Assembly: GCA_963575745.1 (NCBI GenBank)
Contig: CAUYUJ010000001.1
Location: 1,860,001-1,924,000 of the forward strand
Direction: 5' to 3'
DNA from: Prorocentrum cordatum
Taxonomy: Eukaryota
DNA: 64,000 bases
Part shown: positions 33,876 through 49,605 of the stretch, in pieces
Layout: every line of letters starts with the position of its first letter
Numbering within the stretch: the first letter of the stretch is position 1
The notes under the pieces: model-generated
Seen by the model: the letters and a program-made list of their open reading frames with translations, nothing else
The model's database searches: none
Told to the model about the DNA's origin: nothing
Translations under genes and position numbers: made by a program

Positions 33876-35399
33876 CGCTCGCGCACGCGCAAACCGCATG
33901 CGCACCCAGAGGCGACAACGCACGCACGCAGACGCATGCGTTCGCGCCGCCCGCGCGCGCGTACGCGCCTCCACCCTTCCCCCCCCCACACATCGCGGCA
34001 CTTGTCAAAAACCCGACGAGCGACGACGCTCCACGGCATCGCAGCGCTTCACGCCCCGCGGAGGGCTGGCGCCGCCCCGCTCCCGCAACGGCGGCGCACG
34101 CGCCGCGGCGGGCGGCGTCGCCCCTCCTGGCGCTGGCAGGGCTGCCAGCGGCAGGCCCGAGCGCCGGGGGCGGCTGCGCGGCAAGAGCGGCCAGGCCCGG
34201 AGGGGGCGCCCCCGGAGCGGCGCCGCCGGTCCACGGCGCGGTCCAGTCCGCGACGGCCGCTCCAATCTGCTGTCCGTTCGAGCCACACGCATCGACCGCA
34301 TAACACACAGGGTTGCTCCCGCGCCGTAGAGCGGCGGCCGCCGACGTGCCCAAGCCGCATATAGCCAGCGCGGGCTCTGGCCATGGAGCGCTGCCCCACT
34401 AGCACGGCCCACGGGAGGGCCCAGGTGACGTCATCCTGGAGGGGACTGTTACCAATCTGCTGCCCTTTAGAGACGTGCAGGAAGGAGGCCTGGCCGTGGT
34501 GCTGGTACAGCGGCTGGTGTACGGGACGCGCGGCGGCAAGGCGCAGGACGGCGACGCCGGTGAGCCCGTCCGCGCGCGGTAGGATGGCCCGCTGGGCGGT
34601 CGCCGCCGACGCCCGGCGGGAGCGGCGCGAGGTCCCACGCGGCACGGGCGGCGGCTGCCCGCCGAGCACCGGGAGGACCGAGGGCAGTGTGGGCACTGCG
34701 GGCCCAGCGGGCAGCGAACCAGGCACAGGAGCATGCCCCGGGGCGCCCGAGGCACGCCAAGGCGGCAGCGGGCGCTGCGACGGCAGCGACGCCAAGCTGG
34801 CCGGCAGCGCGCCGGGCGCAGTCGCAGCGGGCACCGCGGCGGGCTGCACAGGGCCTGAGGCGCCGTCGTTGTGCGAGGAACTCGCCGCGCACGGGCCCCT
34901 GCAGCGCATGCGCTGCTCCGCGGCCGGGAGTGCGGTGACGGGGCCTTGTGCGGAGCCACCCTAGGCCACAAGCAGGGCGTCGGCGACCACGGGGTCCAAG
35001 AAGTCGCCCGCGAGCACAGGACGTGGACGGCCTCGGCCAGTCCCAGAAGGCGCCCCAGCAGCCCGAAGAGGGCAGCAGTCGCCAGGGCAGCAGGCATGGC
35101 ATGCCCAGGCGCAGTGGTAGCCAAGGACTGCAGGGCGAAGACGACGTCCGAGGAAGGCACTGCGCGCACCAGCAGGAGCCTGCACCAAGCCGGCGAAGTG
35201 CGGGCCAATGGCAGAGGCCTCCGCCGGCAGGACGCCGACTGCGGCCAGGAGCGCTTGCGAGTAGGCCACTTAGTGTACACCCGCGCCGACAGTGCACGAG
35301 CAACCCATCGCCGCCCGGCAGATGGGATCACGCCGAGGGGATGGCCGCCTCGAAACTCTATGACTCTAGGAGAGGTCTGGGAGCCAGTTGTCTTCGCAT

Positions 35400-35439
<40 letters not shown>

Positions 35440-35968
35440 GTGCTGCCGCCGACGCCCCCTGGCGAAAAAACTCCGGGGCCATGCGCGTCGCCTGCGTGGC
35501 GCCGCCACGCCACCGTGGGGGCCGCCCTTGGTGGGGCCAGACGCTACTTGGCGACAGCGGGGGGGGGCGGACCCCGTGGACGACGACGAGCTGGACGAAG
35601 GCAGGGCCGACGACGACGAGCTGGACGACGCAGCGTTGACGATGACGACGACGAGCTGGACGCAGCTTTGACGACGACTAGCTGGACGACGACTCGCAGC
35701 GTTCACGACGACGAGCCGGACGAATGCAGGGCAGCCTCGTGCAGGAAGGCCCCAGAGCTCGGCGGCGGCGCGCAGGCACGACGACGAGCCGGGCGAATGC
35801 AGGGCGGCCTCGTGCAGGAAGGCCCCGAAGCCCGGGCGGCGGCGCAGGCGCCACCACCTGTGTTGCATGCTGGTGGCCAGCGGCCATGGCGGACCCCGTC
35901 GACGACGGCGAGCTGGGTGAAGGCAAGGCGGCCTCGTTCAGGAAGGCCTCGAATCTCGAAGAAGAGAG

Positions 35969-36190
35969 AACGCCACAAACATAAACTTTCGGCGCTCCGC
36001 GCGGAGTTGTTGGATCCGCGCTTTGCCCCCCTTGGCGGCGCCTCCGGCGCCGCCCAAGGCGCTCCGCGCGCCAGGGAGGGGGTCCAGCGCGGAGCGCGCT
36101 AGGGGCGGCGCCGGAGGCGCCGCCGGGGAGGGGCCCAGCGCGGATCCAAGAAATCCGCGCGGAGCGCCAAAAGTTTATGTTTGTGGCGTT
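35969..36190. mobile_element. Fold-back element: ~100-bp inverted arms with a short spacer
   Basis: aacgccacaaacataaactttcggcgctccgcgcgga pairs with tccgcgcggagcgccaaaagtttatgtttgtggcgtt; inner ggcggcgcctccggcgccgccc also pairs. Confidence 0.85.
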
Positions 36191-36529
36191 TTTTCTTTGT
36201 CTACCAAGGCCCAGCGGCGGTGCAGGCACCACCGCCTGTGTTGCAGGCTGGTGGCCAGCGGCCATTGCGGACCCGACAGGCAACTGAGGGAGGCCTGGCA
36301 GCGTATCCACATCTAGGTCGACTTGCGCAACAGTGCCATTAGAGAACGCATGATCCGCCCCGACACCGACAGCTGGTAAGGCATCGCCGAAGCTGCTGGG
36401 CTGGGCCCCGGCAGTGCCCGCCGAAGGCAAAGACGATGCACCTGGGCACTGGGAAAACGCCTCGAGCAGCCAGACACGCCCAGCGGCCGCGGCCTGCTGC
36501 TCCGCCCAAACCAAGTGAGCGGCACCTTC

Positions 36530-36720
36530 CGAGCCTGTCAATACTACCTACTCTGCGCGGGCCAAGCCCTCCAGCCGGTGACACTCTGTCAAAGCTTCCA
36601 ACTACTGCCAAAACCTGTCCAAACTGTCAAAGCCTCCAACTACTGTCAAGCCTCAACTACTGTCAAAACCTGCGACTCTGCGTCCGCCAAGCCTCCAAGC
36701 CTGTCAAAACTACCCACTCT
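36530..36720. repeat. Short degenerate tandem repeats (ctgtcaaa / ccaactactg)
   Basis: Directly visible. Confidence 0.75.
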
Positions 36721-39036
36721 GTACACCTGGTTGGTTACCTGGCCACTGACGGGATCGCTCGCCAACGCCTCCAGCCACAGGTGATGCAGGCGCCCGCTGG
36801 CCCGCAGCTCCTCGTGGAAGAGAGGGCGAGCTGCCTTCTTGTCTGGGTGGCGTGTCGGAGCGGCGGCGCATGGTCCAGGCGCCGTGGCCAGGGCGAGCAG
36901 GAGCGGCAGCAAGGGCACCGTGGTGCACGCAAGATGCTGGGGAGGCGGAGCGTCGAAACGAAACGCAGCTGGATGGTGCGGCGGCTGCGCCCATGCCGAG
37001 CCATCGTGGGCGTGCACCTCCTTCCGTCGGCAGCGCCTGCCTGCGCCCTCGGTCGGTCGGGGGCCCCCGGACGGAAGAGCCACCCGGCAATGCGCGCAGA
37101 CTCCCCCCCCGCCCATTCCCGGCGGCCTTGCCCCGTGGGCAGGGTCCGCTGGGCGGCCCGCTACACTTCAGCACGACCCGCACGCACGTCGCGGTCGTCG
37201 TTTTTCCCGAGGAGCGGCAAGCCAAGGTTTCCCAGCGCGCGCCCCCTGGACGGCGGGGGGGCGCCCGTCCCCCTCGCAGCCACGCATGAGAGTCACGGGG
37301 TTGGTGCGTCGCGGACTCGGTGCAAGGCGGCGCTCCCAAAACGCAGGGTCGAAATGCGAGGGCAGGGCGCAGCCGGGTCCGAGGAGGGAGTGAGGGCCCA
37401 ATCCGGAGGGTATTGCGCCGTAGCCACCACGCCAGGGCAAGTGAAGCAAAAATGGTACACGCGCAAGTGCACACAACACACACACACACACGCACACACA
37501 CACAAACACACACACACACACACACACGCACACACACACACACACACACGTGCACATACCAGAACAAAGGTTATAGCGAGCATCATTCCCAGGTATAGAA
37601 GTTTGCCCAGCGCAACTGAGTCCTGGCAGAACGCGCCAGCGAAACCTGTGATTCCGACGTAACCGACCTCCCCCATGACAAAGGCCCCACGATGGAAAAA
37701 ACCTGGCGAAGGACCCAGCCCCCAGCAGCAGCGACGGAGCAAGGGGGCAGACCAGGACATCCGAGAGGACACATCCTCGGCGCAGTGCTGGCCGGCCGTC
37801 GCCCAATCGGTGCTCGCAGCGTCGGCAGCGCCGGCAGCTGGGGAGGGTGCGCACGTGGGGGCGCGCTTCTGCACGAGAGTGTTGCGAAAGAGATTCGCAC
37901 CCTCGACCCTGAGCGACGCGAGACACAGCGTGATGCATCGGCCACGCGGCCGGGACACGGAAGCTTGCAACACATAGCAGACACGATAGTACGCACCCGA
38001 CGCTGCACCCCTCGCGAAAGCAGGGAAGCAGGATACCCATGATCGACAGCCATCCGTTAACGAGGAGGGCGCGAGGCACAGGAGCACCGCGGACCCGACA
38101 TGAGCGTCACGGAGATGGTGCGTCGCGGATTCGGTACGCGGCGGCGCTGCAGAAAGGCAGGATCTGAATGTCAGGGCAGGGGGCCGCGGGGTTCGATGAG
38201 AGGGTGGGGCCCAATGGGGTGGAAGTTATGCCGTAGCCACCACACCAAGGCAAGAGGAGCGACAACCCGAGAGCCCGTACGCGAAGCAACACATACACGC
38301 ACGTGCAAACACACACACATACACACACACACACTACCGCACGTACCGAGACGTCGCTGTTTTGGCGCCAGACGCCCACTGCCCATGGCATCATGAGTCG
38401 GCAGCATGCCAGGAGCGGGCCGGAGCGGACTCCAGTGTTGTGGACACTGGGCCATTTCGTCGCACCCTGGCTGCCCGGGCACCACGCGCAGCAGGGGCGT
38501 CAGGCCCAGCTCAGCCGCCAGAACGGCCCGGGGGCCATCGAACACAAGGCAAAGGAGAACCGCGTGTGCGACCCACGTAGCTACGCATCGACTGCACAAT
38601 ACACAGGTCTGCACCCGCGCCCTGGAGCGGCGGCCACCGACGTGCCCAAGCCGCATATAGCCAGCGCGGGCTCTGGCCATGGAACGCTGCCCCAACAAAA
38701 CGGCCCACGGGAGGGCGCAGGTGACGTCACCCCGAAGGGGACAAGTACCAACCAGAATAGACTCCGCGGTCCACCAGGTCAAGGTGACTCGCCGCAGAAG
38801 ACGCCCGCTCCGCACGGCAGCGCGAATTCAGCACGGCTTTGAAGTGGGCCTTTTCCTCCTCCCTCCTCCTCCCTTCCTCCTCCTCCTCCTCCTCCTCCTC
38901 CTCCCCTCCTCCTCCTCCTCCTCCCTCCTCCTCTCCTCCTCCTCCTCCTCCTCCTCCTCCTCCTCCTCCTCCTCCCTCCTCCCTCCTCCTCCTCCTCCTC
39001 CTCCTCCTCCTCCTCCTCCTCCTCCTCCTCCTCCTA

Positions 39037-39696
39037 CATGAGACCAGCGGTGGGGCTGCTGTGATTGAGGGCTCTGCGTTGAATGCATCTAGCCAGTCTC
39101 ACGACACGGTGATTGCCCGCCGCCTGCCGCCAGCCTTTTCAGCTACCCCGCTGGCGACTTCGGCTCGGCTCAGGGATTTGATTTCCAGGGGCGTCGTTTC
39201 TCGGGATGTCCTGGACCGCACCTTTGCTGCGCCTTTTTACGCGGACCCCAGGCTCCCGAAAGCGCCAGTGATGGTGGTGCCAAAGGCCGCTCCCACCAAT
39301 ACTAAGGGAAAGGGAGGTGGTCGTGGGACTGGTCGTCGCGGGAGTCGTGGGCGGAGGGAGGGAGGGATTCTCGAATCTGAGGCGGCCTCGGCCGTCCCCT
39401 CTGGACAAAGTCTTTCCTCCCCTCCCCCCCCCGCCGTCGACGGGGGGTGAGGTCTCTTCTCGCCCCATCGCGTTTGTCCGTGAGGGTACGATCTGAAGCC
39501 TGGTCCTCTCAGCTGGGCATCTCCCTGGCTGCGCGCCCTGATGGGAGACCGCTCGGTCGAGGCGGCGCGGGTGGGCACCCGACTGGCCACCCGTCCCGCA
39601 GGGAGTTTCGAGCTGCAAACGCAGCGCGCAGGGCTTAGCGTATCCTCGAGTTCGTGGACTCAGGAGCCCCATTGCGTTATTCTATTATATTATATG
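39037..39696 (+). mobile_element. Probable 5'-truncated retroposon 3' end (ORF tail, UTR, attat tail) within a (CCT)n tract
   Basis: Open frame to 39450 with no start of its own; ends tctattatattatatg; (CCT)n on both sides. Confidence 0.45.
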
Positions 39697-39769
39697 CTCC
39701 TCCTCCTCCTCCTCCTCCTCCTCCTCCTCCTCCTCCTCCTCCTCCTACTCCTACTCCTACTCCTGCTCC

Positions 39770-42360
<2,591 letters not shown>

Positions 42361-42699
42361 CCTCCCTCCTCCCTCCTCCCTCTCATCCAGGCGTCAGGTT
42401 CATGGGCCCAAGCTAGCGCCCGTTTCAGACCTGACCCCAGACGCCGTGTCGCCCGTCGCGGGCCACGGTGCATCACGCGACATGGATGGCGCCTGCGCCG
42501 GACTGCCCTGCGAGGTGGGCGCGGTCTCGCCGTCCCGTTCGGCCCGCAGAGGGAAGGAGAGCGGCAGTATACCCGGCAGGTTGCGCGCTGTCCGCTTCGC
42601 TGGGGCTGCAGCTGCCCATGGAGTGGGTGGAGGCAGACGCGGGCCAGGGCTATGCGCCTGGAGCGTGGCGCATCCCTGCTGCCGACACGCTGCATTGTG

Positions 42700-43910
42700 A
42701 CGCGGTTGCCTGGGCAGCCGCAGCATTCGCAGATGGTGTCGCGGCGGGCTGTCGCATCGTCCTTCTTCTCCGTGGCGACGACGCGGAGCCCGAGGGCCAG
42801 GGCAGGATGCTCGCCACCTTCGGCGCAGTGGTGAGCACCGACGGCACCGTGCCGGCCGACGCTGCAAAAGTGACTTTCAACGACTTCCCGTTGGTCGACG
42901 GGGACCAGCAGAGCAGGAAGGGCAACCAGGGCAGTACCCAGACCGCCTACGAGACGGAGGTGAACTCGGGCGACGTGCTGCAGATCCTGGCGCGGTGGGG
43001 GGCCGCACCAGGGCAGGATGTTCGACGCCTTCGGCGCGGAGCTGAGCGCCGACGGCAGCCTGGAGGCCGACGGGGCGCAGGTGAGCATCGACGACAGCCC
43101 GCTAGCCGACGGGGGCCAGCAGAGCTTCGAGGGCTACAAGGGCAGTACCCACCCGACCTACCTGACGGAGGTGGGCAACAGCGACGCGCTGTGCAGGACT
43201 TGGCGCGGTGGGGGGCCGCGCAAACAACCCCAGGAAACGCGGGGCCCGCGGGCAAGGGCAGGATGCTCGACGCCGTCGGCACTGAGCTGAGCCCCGGTTG
43301 CAGCCTGGAGGCCAACGGGGCGCAGGTGGGCATCGACAACAGCCCGCTGGTCGACGGGGGTCAGCTGAGCTTCAAGGGCAGCCCGGGCAGCGCCAGCCAC
43401 GACGTTCTGCAGGACATGGCGCGGCGGGGGGCCGCGCAAACAGCCCCCCAGAGACACGGGGGTGGTCTTGGCCGGCAAGGTGACCAACATCGACGTTCAC
43501 AAGGCGACCGCAGGCGAGCCGCGACCAGGCTTGCAATGGTGGCGTGCGCGACATGAGATCGCGAACGAGTGGGTCTTCGAGACCGCCCTGGCGGCGGACT
43601 GGGCCAAGCAGGACAGCGTTGGCTCTCGCGCCCAGCCGCTCAGACGCGCGCTGGCCATGACACGGGCCAGTGCGAACAAGCATCCGGTGCTCCGCGGCTG
43701 GGTCGACTACAGGACCAACCGCGCGGGCGCGGGGCCGCAGACTCGGGGGCGCTCGGCGCCCACGTGGGGCGAAGGATTCTTCGTGGGCGACATGTGTCCG
43801 TCTGGGCACAGGCGCAGGCATTTCGCCGACGACTCACTGGTCGTTCACGACGTCCTTCAGTGGGAGGTGCAGCTCGAGCGGGCCAGAACGACCTGGCGTT
43901 CGATCCGCTC
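42700..43910 (+). pseudogene. Frameshifted coding-like region with three ~70-80 aa tandem repeats, unknown family
   Basis: GRML.AFG.E.S.DG.LEA.GAQV.ID.SPLVDGGQQSF.G..GS repeats start at 42800, 43011 and 43256; GC-ending codon bias; frameshifts between units. Confidence 0.5.
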
Positions 43911-43999
43911 GCGCGGCGGCGCGCGGGCCACAGGCGAGGGTGTGCGCGGAGCAGGCCGAGGAGGAGGCTGCGAAGTTCAGCGCGCAGGGCCGCTGATCG

Positions 44000-46800
44000 G
44001 GCGCGCGCGGTGGCGCCCCTCCCTTCTCTCCTGCCTGCGCTTCCGTCCTGTAGCTGGCGCGTTCGGCGTCTGTCGGAAGAGCACCCCCCTCTCATCCTCT
44101 TCTTCTGGACCCCCCGCTGCCTCCGCCAAGTGGGGGCCAAAGCTGCCAGGCGATGGCCAGGGCCCAGGCCACTCGGACCTCCCAGGGGGGAGATCCGGAC
44201 TTCTGGACAAGAGCGACATCGAGCCATGCAATGACGCGCGCGAGCGTTGCCCCCCACTCGCACCCACCTCAACCTGAAAGGTTTCTGGCGCCACCCCGAA
44301 GGCTCCCAGGGCCCTGGGGCCGCCAGCGGCCATGGCCCGTGCATGTCAGGAACACTGGAACCCCACCTTCACTGGATCACCCGTGGACGAGAAAAGGCTC
44401 TAGGCATGCGCGCGCAAGCGCCTCCCTCGCATCGACGCCGCCGACCTGCCCGCCCCCGCCGAACACCAGCTGAGGCGCGCTCTGGAGCGTGCCCGCCCGT
44501 CGGCACCAGGGCCGGACCAGCTGCCCCATGCTGCCTGGGCGGCCATCCCATGGTGCTCTCTCTGCTCTGCGCGCTAGGTACAGATGTTTTCGACTGGCCA
44601 CGCTCCTTTTGGTTTCAACACCTCGGATGTCTGCTTCCTCCCCTAGGGGGCCGAAGTCTCGAATGGCGTTGATTGCCTCCGGGGCGCGGGCTGCGCGCGC
44701 CCCTTGAGTTTGAAAAATGCGGACTCCCAGACGGTGGATGCAGCGGCCAATCGTTTGACCCCCTTGGTCAGGGAACGCGCGGGCCCCGCGCGGCAAGGTC
44801 TCGTTCCCGGGCGCCAGCTTGTAACCGGCATTGTCGCCTTTGACCTTGAACCCCCCGGGTCTCGCGCTTTTCGTTGCGCTGGTCGATGTTTGCATCTTTC
44901 GAAGTGCGGGCCGCATTTCCCCGCCCCTCCCAGGTCTGTCTCTTCCTCCCCCCCCTTGCTCGCGGCCCCCCCGAGGGCGTCGCGATCGCGCTGCGCGCCT
45001 GTGCGAGCTTCTCCTCGGCCTCGCGAGGCTTGAGTCTACCAGGGGGGCTTTTTTGCCCCATCAGCTCCGGGGTCTCACGTGGACGCCAATTGCGTGGACC
45101 ACTTTGGGCGCTCGCATTCGACGCCCCCCTTCGCCACCTCCACGAGGCGCTTCCCGTCGACGCCATCCCTTGCAGCGGCCGGTGCCGACGGCGTCGGGGC
45201 GCATCCAGCGGAGGCGCGCTTGCGCCCTTTTGGGCCGCGCGTTCGTTTGCCAATCCCACGCCCCAGGTGAAGACATGCAGCGTCGTGCCATTGTTGGGGC
45301 CGTGCTAAGGCCGGGTCGAGGGCGAGGCTCGCGTTCTTCTCGCTTCTCTCGCACCTGACCTGGTCTGCCTCTGACGCCGGCGGAACCTGCGCGAGCATCG
45401 ATGTTTGCACTGGGCCTGCTGCCGCCCTCAAGGTGCAGTGGCGGCCTGCCGCGCAGAAGTGGCGGGCGCGCGTTCAGCCCCAGGCGGCCAGTCTTAACGA
45501 TGGCAATCAATATATACACGTACGTCGCATCAATGATGCCAGCGTTGATTTATCTCGCCCAGTTTGTGCCGTCGATCGCAAAGTGCCGCGGCATGATATA
45601 TTCGCACTGCATGAGGTCTGCTGATTACCCCCAGATCTCTCGACGCGGGACGATTTTCATTCCCTCCGCTCCTGGGGCGAAGCGGAGCTTCCCGCTTCCC
45701 TCCATTCTTATTTAGAGCGCTACCGCTGCCTGGCGGTTTTGCTTTTTCACGCCGGAGCGCGGAACCCTCGGCCCCCTGAGCCACTGGCGCCGGTGATTCT
45801 GGAGTCCGCCTTCTGGCAGCGGAAGCGTAGCTCCGGTGAGATGCATTCTTCGATGGCTAGCGGCTTCCCCATGAAGAATTTTGTCTAGACGGATTTCGAC
45901 TGCCTGCTTGCGCGCCGCTCAAGGGGCCGGCTGCGAAGTCGCCCGGGCCTCCAAGCTGAACGCCGCGGTCATCGCCCTAGGCTTCAGCGGGTTGTAATTC
46001 GCTCTCTGCCCGTGCCCGAGTTCCCCGGATATTCTGCGCGTGCCATCGCCGAACGCTCGGGTTCAGAGGTGCCAATTCGCTCTTTCGGGGCCCCTGCCGA
46101 CTTAGAGCTCCGCTGGCAAGCCCTGCTGCGTGAGTTCGCGCAGCTACACCTGGCCCATCGGTGGCGCGCGGCGGAGGCGCCTTGCGCGGGCTGGAGCGCG
46201 TTTCGCAGGATGCGCGAGCCGCACTCCCGTTGCTCGGCGCGGGACTCGATGTGCCATTATTGGCAGTTCCCCATCTCGCGCATCAAACCGCCCTCCCCCG
46301 CGCCTTCCTCAGACCTTGCTTATTCGTCCTGTGGGTCTGGGCTCCGCAGGTCGGTCATCCGCAGGTTGCTCATTGCTTTCTATCTCTTCCACATTGTGAA
46401 AGTCGAGCTGGACTCTGCTGCCAGAGCGTCGAAGAGAACGCGCCCGTTGCCTGCGTCTCACGACTTCGCGCGCGGACGCCTGCTGACAGCTCGCCAGAGC
46501 GCCGAGGCATGAACTGTGGGCGGTCGGCGTGGGGAAATGCCCCCCATCTGGGGCTATCGCTCGTAATCCCAGTGATGCTTTCCATTGCCGTTTGATTCAA
46601 GACTTTGCGAATGTCGGCCCGACCCTCCGCGACAACCCAGGTGGGGGATCCGTCGAGAACGGCGCGGGGAGGCGGCAAGCAGGCATCAGGCTGGCACGAG
46701 TGATTCGATAGGCTTACGCCGCGTTCGCCGACCCGTCTATGAACGATTGCGCCTCCAGGATTACATTTCACGGGGCTCGTCCGAAGCGGGTCACGGCGCT
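44000..46800 (+). mobile_element. Heavily decayed LINE ORF2 (RT and C-terminal region)
   Basis: ARPSAPGPDQLPHAAW (~44490), SLKNADSQTVDAAAN..QGLVPGRQL, FEVRAAFP, SSGVSRGRQLRGPLWALAFDAPLRHL and PALIYLAQ occur in non-LTR RT order; the YADD segment appears lost. Confidence 0.75.
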
Positions 46801-47569
46801 CGACGTCGTTCCTGCTGCTTTGGTGCTATTTTGTAGCATTTGGGTGGCATCTTGGCCTGCCTGGAGGCCATCTCAGGCCACCTCGGGGCATCTTGGGCCA
46901 AGTTTTGGGTCCTCTTGGGGGCTTCCTCGGGGCTTCTTGGAGGCCTATGAGGTTCTCTCGGGGTGGGTCCCTCAGGGCCTCTTGGGGTGTTTTTGGGGGC
47001 AGGCTGGGGGCGACTTGGGGCCGAAGGCTCGAACAGGTGCCCTTTGGACTCCCTCTTGGAGCCGTCTGGGGGCCCTCCTGGGTTGTCTTGGGAGCTTCGT
47101 GGGCTGTTTTTGGATCCTCTTCGACCCCTCTTGGAGGCCCCATTCGGCCGTCCGGGGGCGATATTGAAGGTTTCTTTGCCCGTCTTGGACGTTGTGAAAG
47201 CCGAAGCGGCGAGGATGCGAAACACGTTTGTTGTTTAGCCCCAGGGAATAAGACGATTTCTGTTTCTTGGGACCCTCTTTGGACGCATCAGGGGGGCCTT
47301 TTGGGGCGTCTTGGCAGCTTCGGAGGCCGTCTGGAGGCCATCGTGGGCGCCAAGGAGCGATATTTTGGCGACTCGTGGCCCTCTGGGACCGTCTGGGGAG
47401 CGTTTTGGTGCCTTCTTGGCCTGTTTTGGGGCCCCCCGCTCCCCCGTGGCGCGTTCGGTCCAGGGTCGGGCCGGGCCAGGGAGGCGGCGGGTCAAATGGC
47501 GGGGTCCTTGGGGGGGGCGTTGCGGGGAGGGATAATCTCACACGCCTAGAGACCCACAACGGGTCGGCG

Positions 47570-47755
47570 GATGACGGGAAGCGCCCCTGGCGTGGACCGT
47601 TTGTTGTTGGCAACAATTACCTAATAACCGGGTACACGCTGCACTTTGAAACTGTGCTGGCAGATGACGGGAAGCGTCCCTGGCGTGGCCCGCTTGTTGG
47701 TGGTAAAAATCAATAATCGGGTACGCGCCGCACTTTGAAACTGCGCTGGCGGATT
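47570..47755. repeat. Two tandem ~92-bp units
   Basis: gatgacgggaagcg.ccctggcgtgg...gcactttgaaactg.gctggc occurs twice. Confidence 0.88.
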
Positions 47756-49272
47756 TTTGAAAAATGGCCGTTTCTCTCGAGACATCCTCCGAAAATCTGC
47801 CCAATAGGGGACTCCACATCGACGTCGTGTTCGAATCGCTCCTGGAGGGCTTTCCAACGGCCCAAGGGAGGCCCAAAAGACGCCCCCCCGGAGAGCCCCA
47901 GGAGCGCCCAAGAGCGCCCCAAGAAGACCCCAAGAGACCCCCAAGAGCGCTTTAGGAGCCACCCAGACAACTCACAAGAACCCCAAGACGGCCAGGGAAG
48001 GGCCAAGAAGGCCCCAAGAGACTCCCGGGAGCGCCCCAGGAGGCCCCCAGCGCCGAGACGGCCCAAGAAAGCTCCAACAGAACCCCACGACGCGCCCAGA
48101 CAGCCCAAGAAGACCCCAGAAGCCCATAAGAGGACCCAAAGGGCCCCCAGGAAGCCCCCAACAGGCCCCAAGAGAATCCCGCGCGGCGCGAGGAGCAACG
48201 TCTTTCACCAACTGCCTCGTACTGTCCTCTGTCGTCGTCGTCGTCGTTGTCGTCGTCGTCGTCGTCGTCGTCATCATCGCCCTCCGCATTCCTCCTCGTA
48301 CTCGCCCTCGCTCTCTTCGTCCTCGTCCTTGTGCTTTTCTTCCTCCTCGTTGTCCTCATGCTCCTCTTCGCCATCCTCACGTTCGCCACATCGTCCTCGT
48401 CATCGACTCCTCGTTGTCCTCGCCCTCCTTTTCTTCTTCGCCCAATACTCCCATTCGACTACAGCGGCGCTTCCCGTTCTTGTCCGATCAGGTTTTCGAG
48501 TGAATCTAGATGGAGGATGGAATGGAAGGTGGGGCGAGAGCTGGGGAGTGGAAGCTGGGAGGAGCAGGAGGAGGAGGCGGAGGAGGAGGCGGAGGAGGAG
48601 GAGGAGGAGGAGTGAGGAGTGATGAGTGAGGAGTGAGGAATGAGAAGTGGGGAGTGAGGAGGGATGCGCAGTGAGCAGTGAGGAATGAGGAGTGAGGAGT
48701 TAGGAGTGAGGAGGGTGGAGGAAGAGGAGGAGGAGGAGGAGAGGAAAGAGGGGGAGGAGGAGGAGGAGGAAAAGGAGGAGGAGGAGGAGGAAGGAGTACG
48801 GAGAGGAGGGGGAGGGGGAGGAGGAGGAGGGGGAGGAGGAGGAGAGGAGGAGGAGGAGAGGAGGAGGAGGAGGAGGAGGACGAGGAGGAGGAGGGAGGAG
48901 AGGACGAGGAGGAGGAGGAGGAGGAGGAGGAGGAAGGGGAGGAGAAGGAGGACCTGTGTAAACCCAATAGCCATCAACGATGTTGGAATACACCCTCCCT
49001 CCAAGCTCCCTTTTTATAGACCCCTACAACGGTCCATCTCCACTGAGGGAACTGCCTCGTTGGAATACAACCGTCAGAAGACCCTGAAGCATGCCAAAAC
49101 ATGTTCACGAGATTCCAACGCCACGGATCAACCTGACTGTTGCGTCTTAACGGTGCTGAATCGTACCAGAACGCCATCCTTGGGACTTCATCGCCGCGAA
49201 TCAACATCATTGTTGTGGCCTCATATTCCGAATTCACTCCAAACAACATTATGGTACGCTGATCATGGGAAA

Positions 49273-49605
49273 CCGTGAAACTCTTCCATGTTCTCAAGAA
49301 GGGAATGTGCGCGGCGCTAAAGGGAGAGCAACAGTTTGAACATGGCCCGCCCTCAATCCGTTACATGTTTGGAACTGTTGAAAACGAATGTGCGCGGCGC
49401 TAAGGCCAAAACCACATGTTGAAAAGGACCCGCCCTCAATCCGTGAAGCTCTTGCAACTTTTCACAACGAATGCACGCGGTGGCAAGGCGAGAGCCACAT
49501 TTTGAAAACGACCCGCCCTCAATCCGTGAAGCTCTTTCAATTTGTTACAACGAATGTGCGCAGCGCTAAGGCGAGAGCCACATTTTGACAACGACCCGCC
49601 CTCCA
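49273..49605. repeat. 83-bp tandem repeat, about 4 copies
   Basis: gaatg..cgc anchors at 49303, 49386, 49469 and 49552. Confidence 0.9.

Noticed and set aside
32250..38100. Many overlapping 250-490 aa ORFs on both strands
   Set aside because: Expected in very GC-rich, repeat-containing DNA; no domain motifs recognised.
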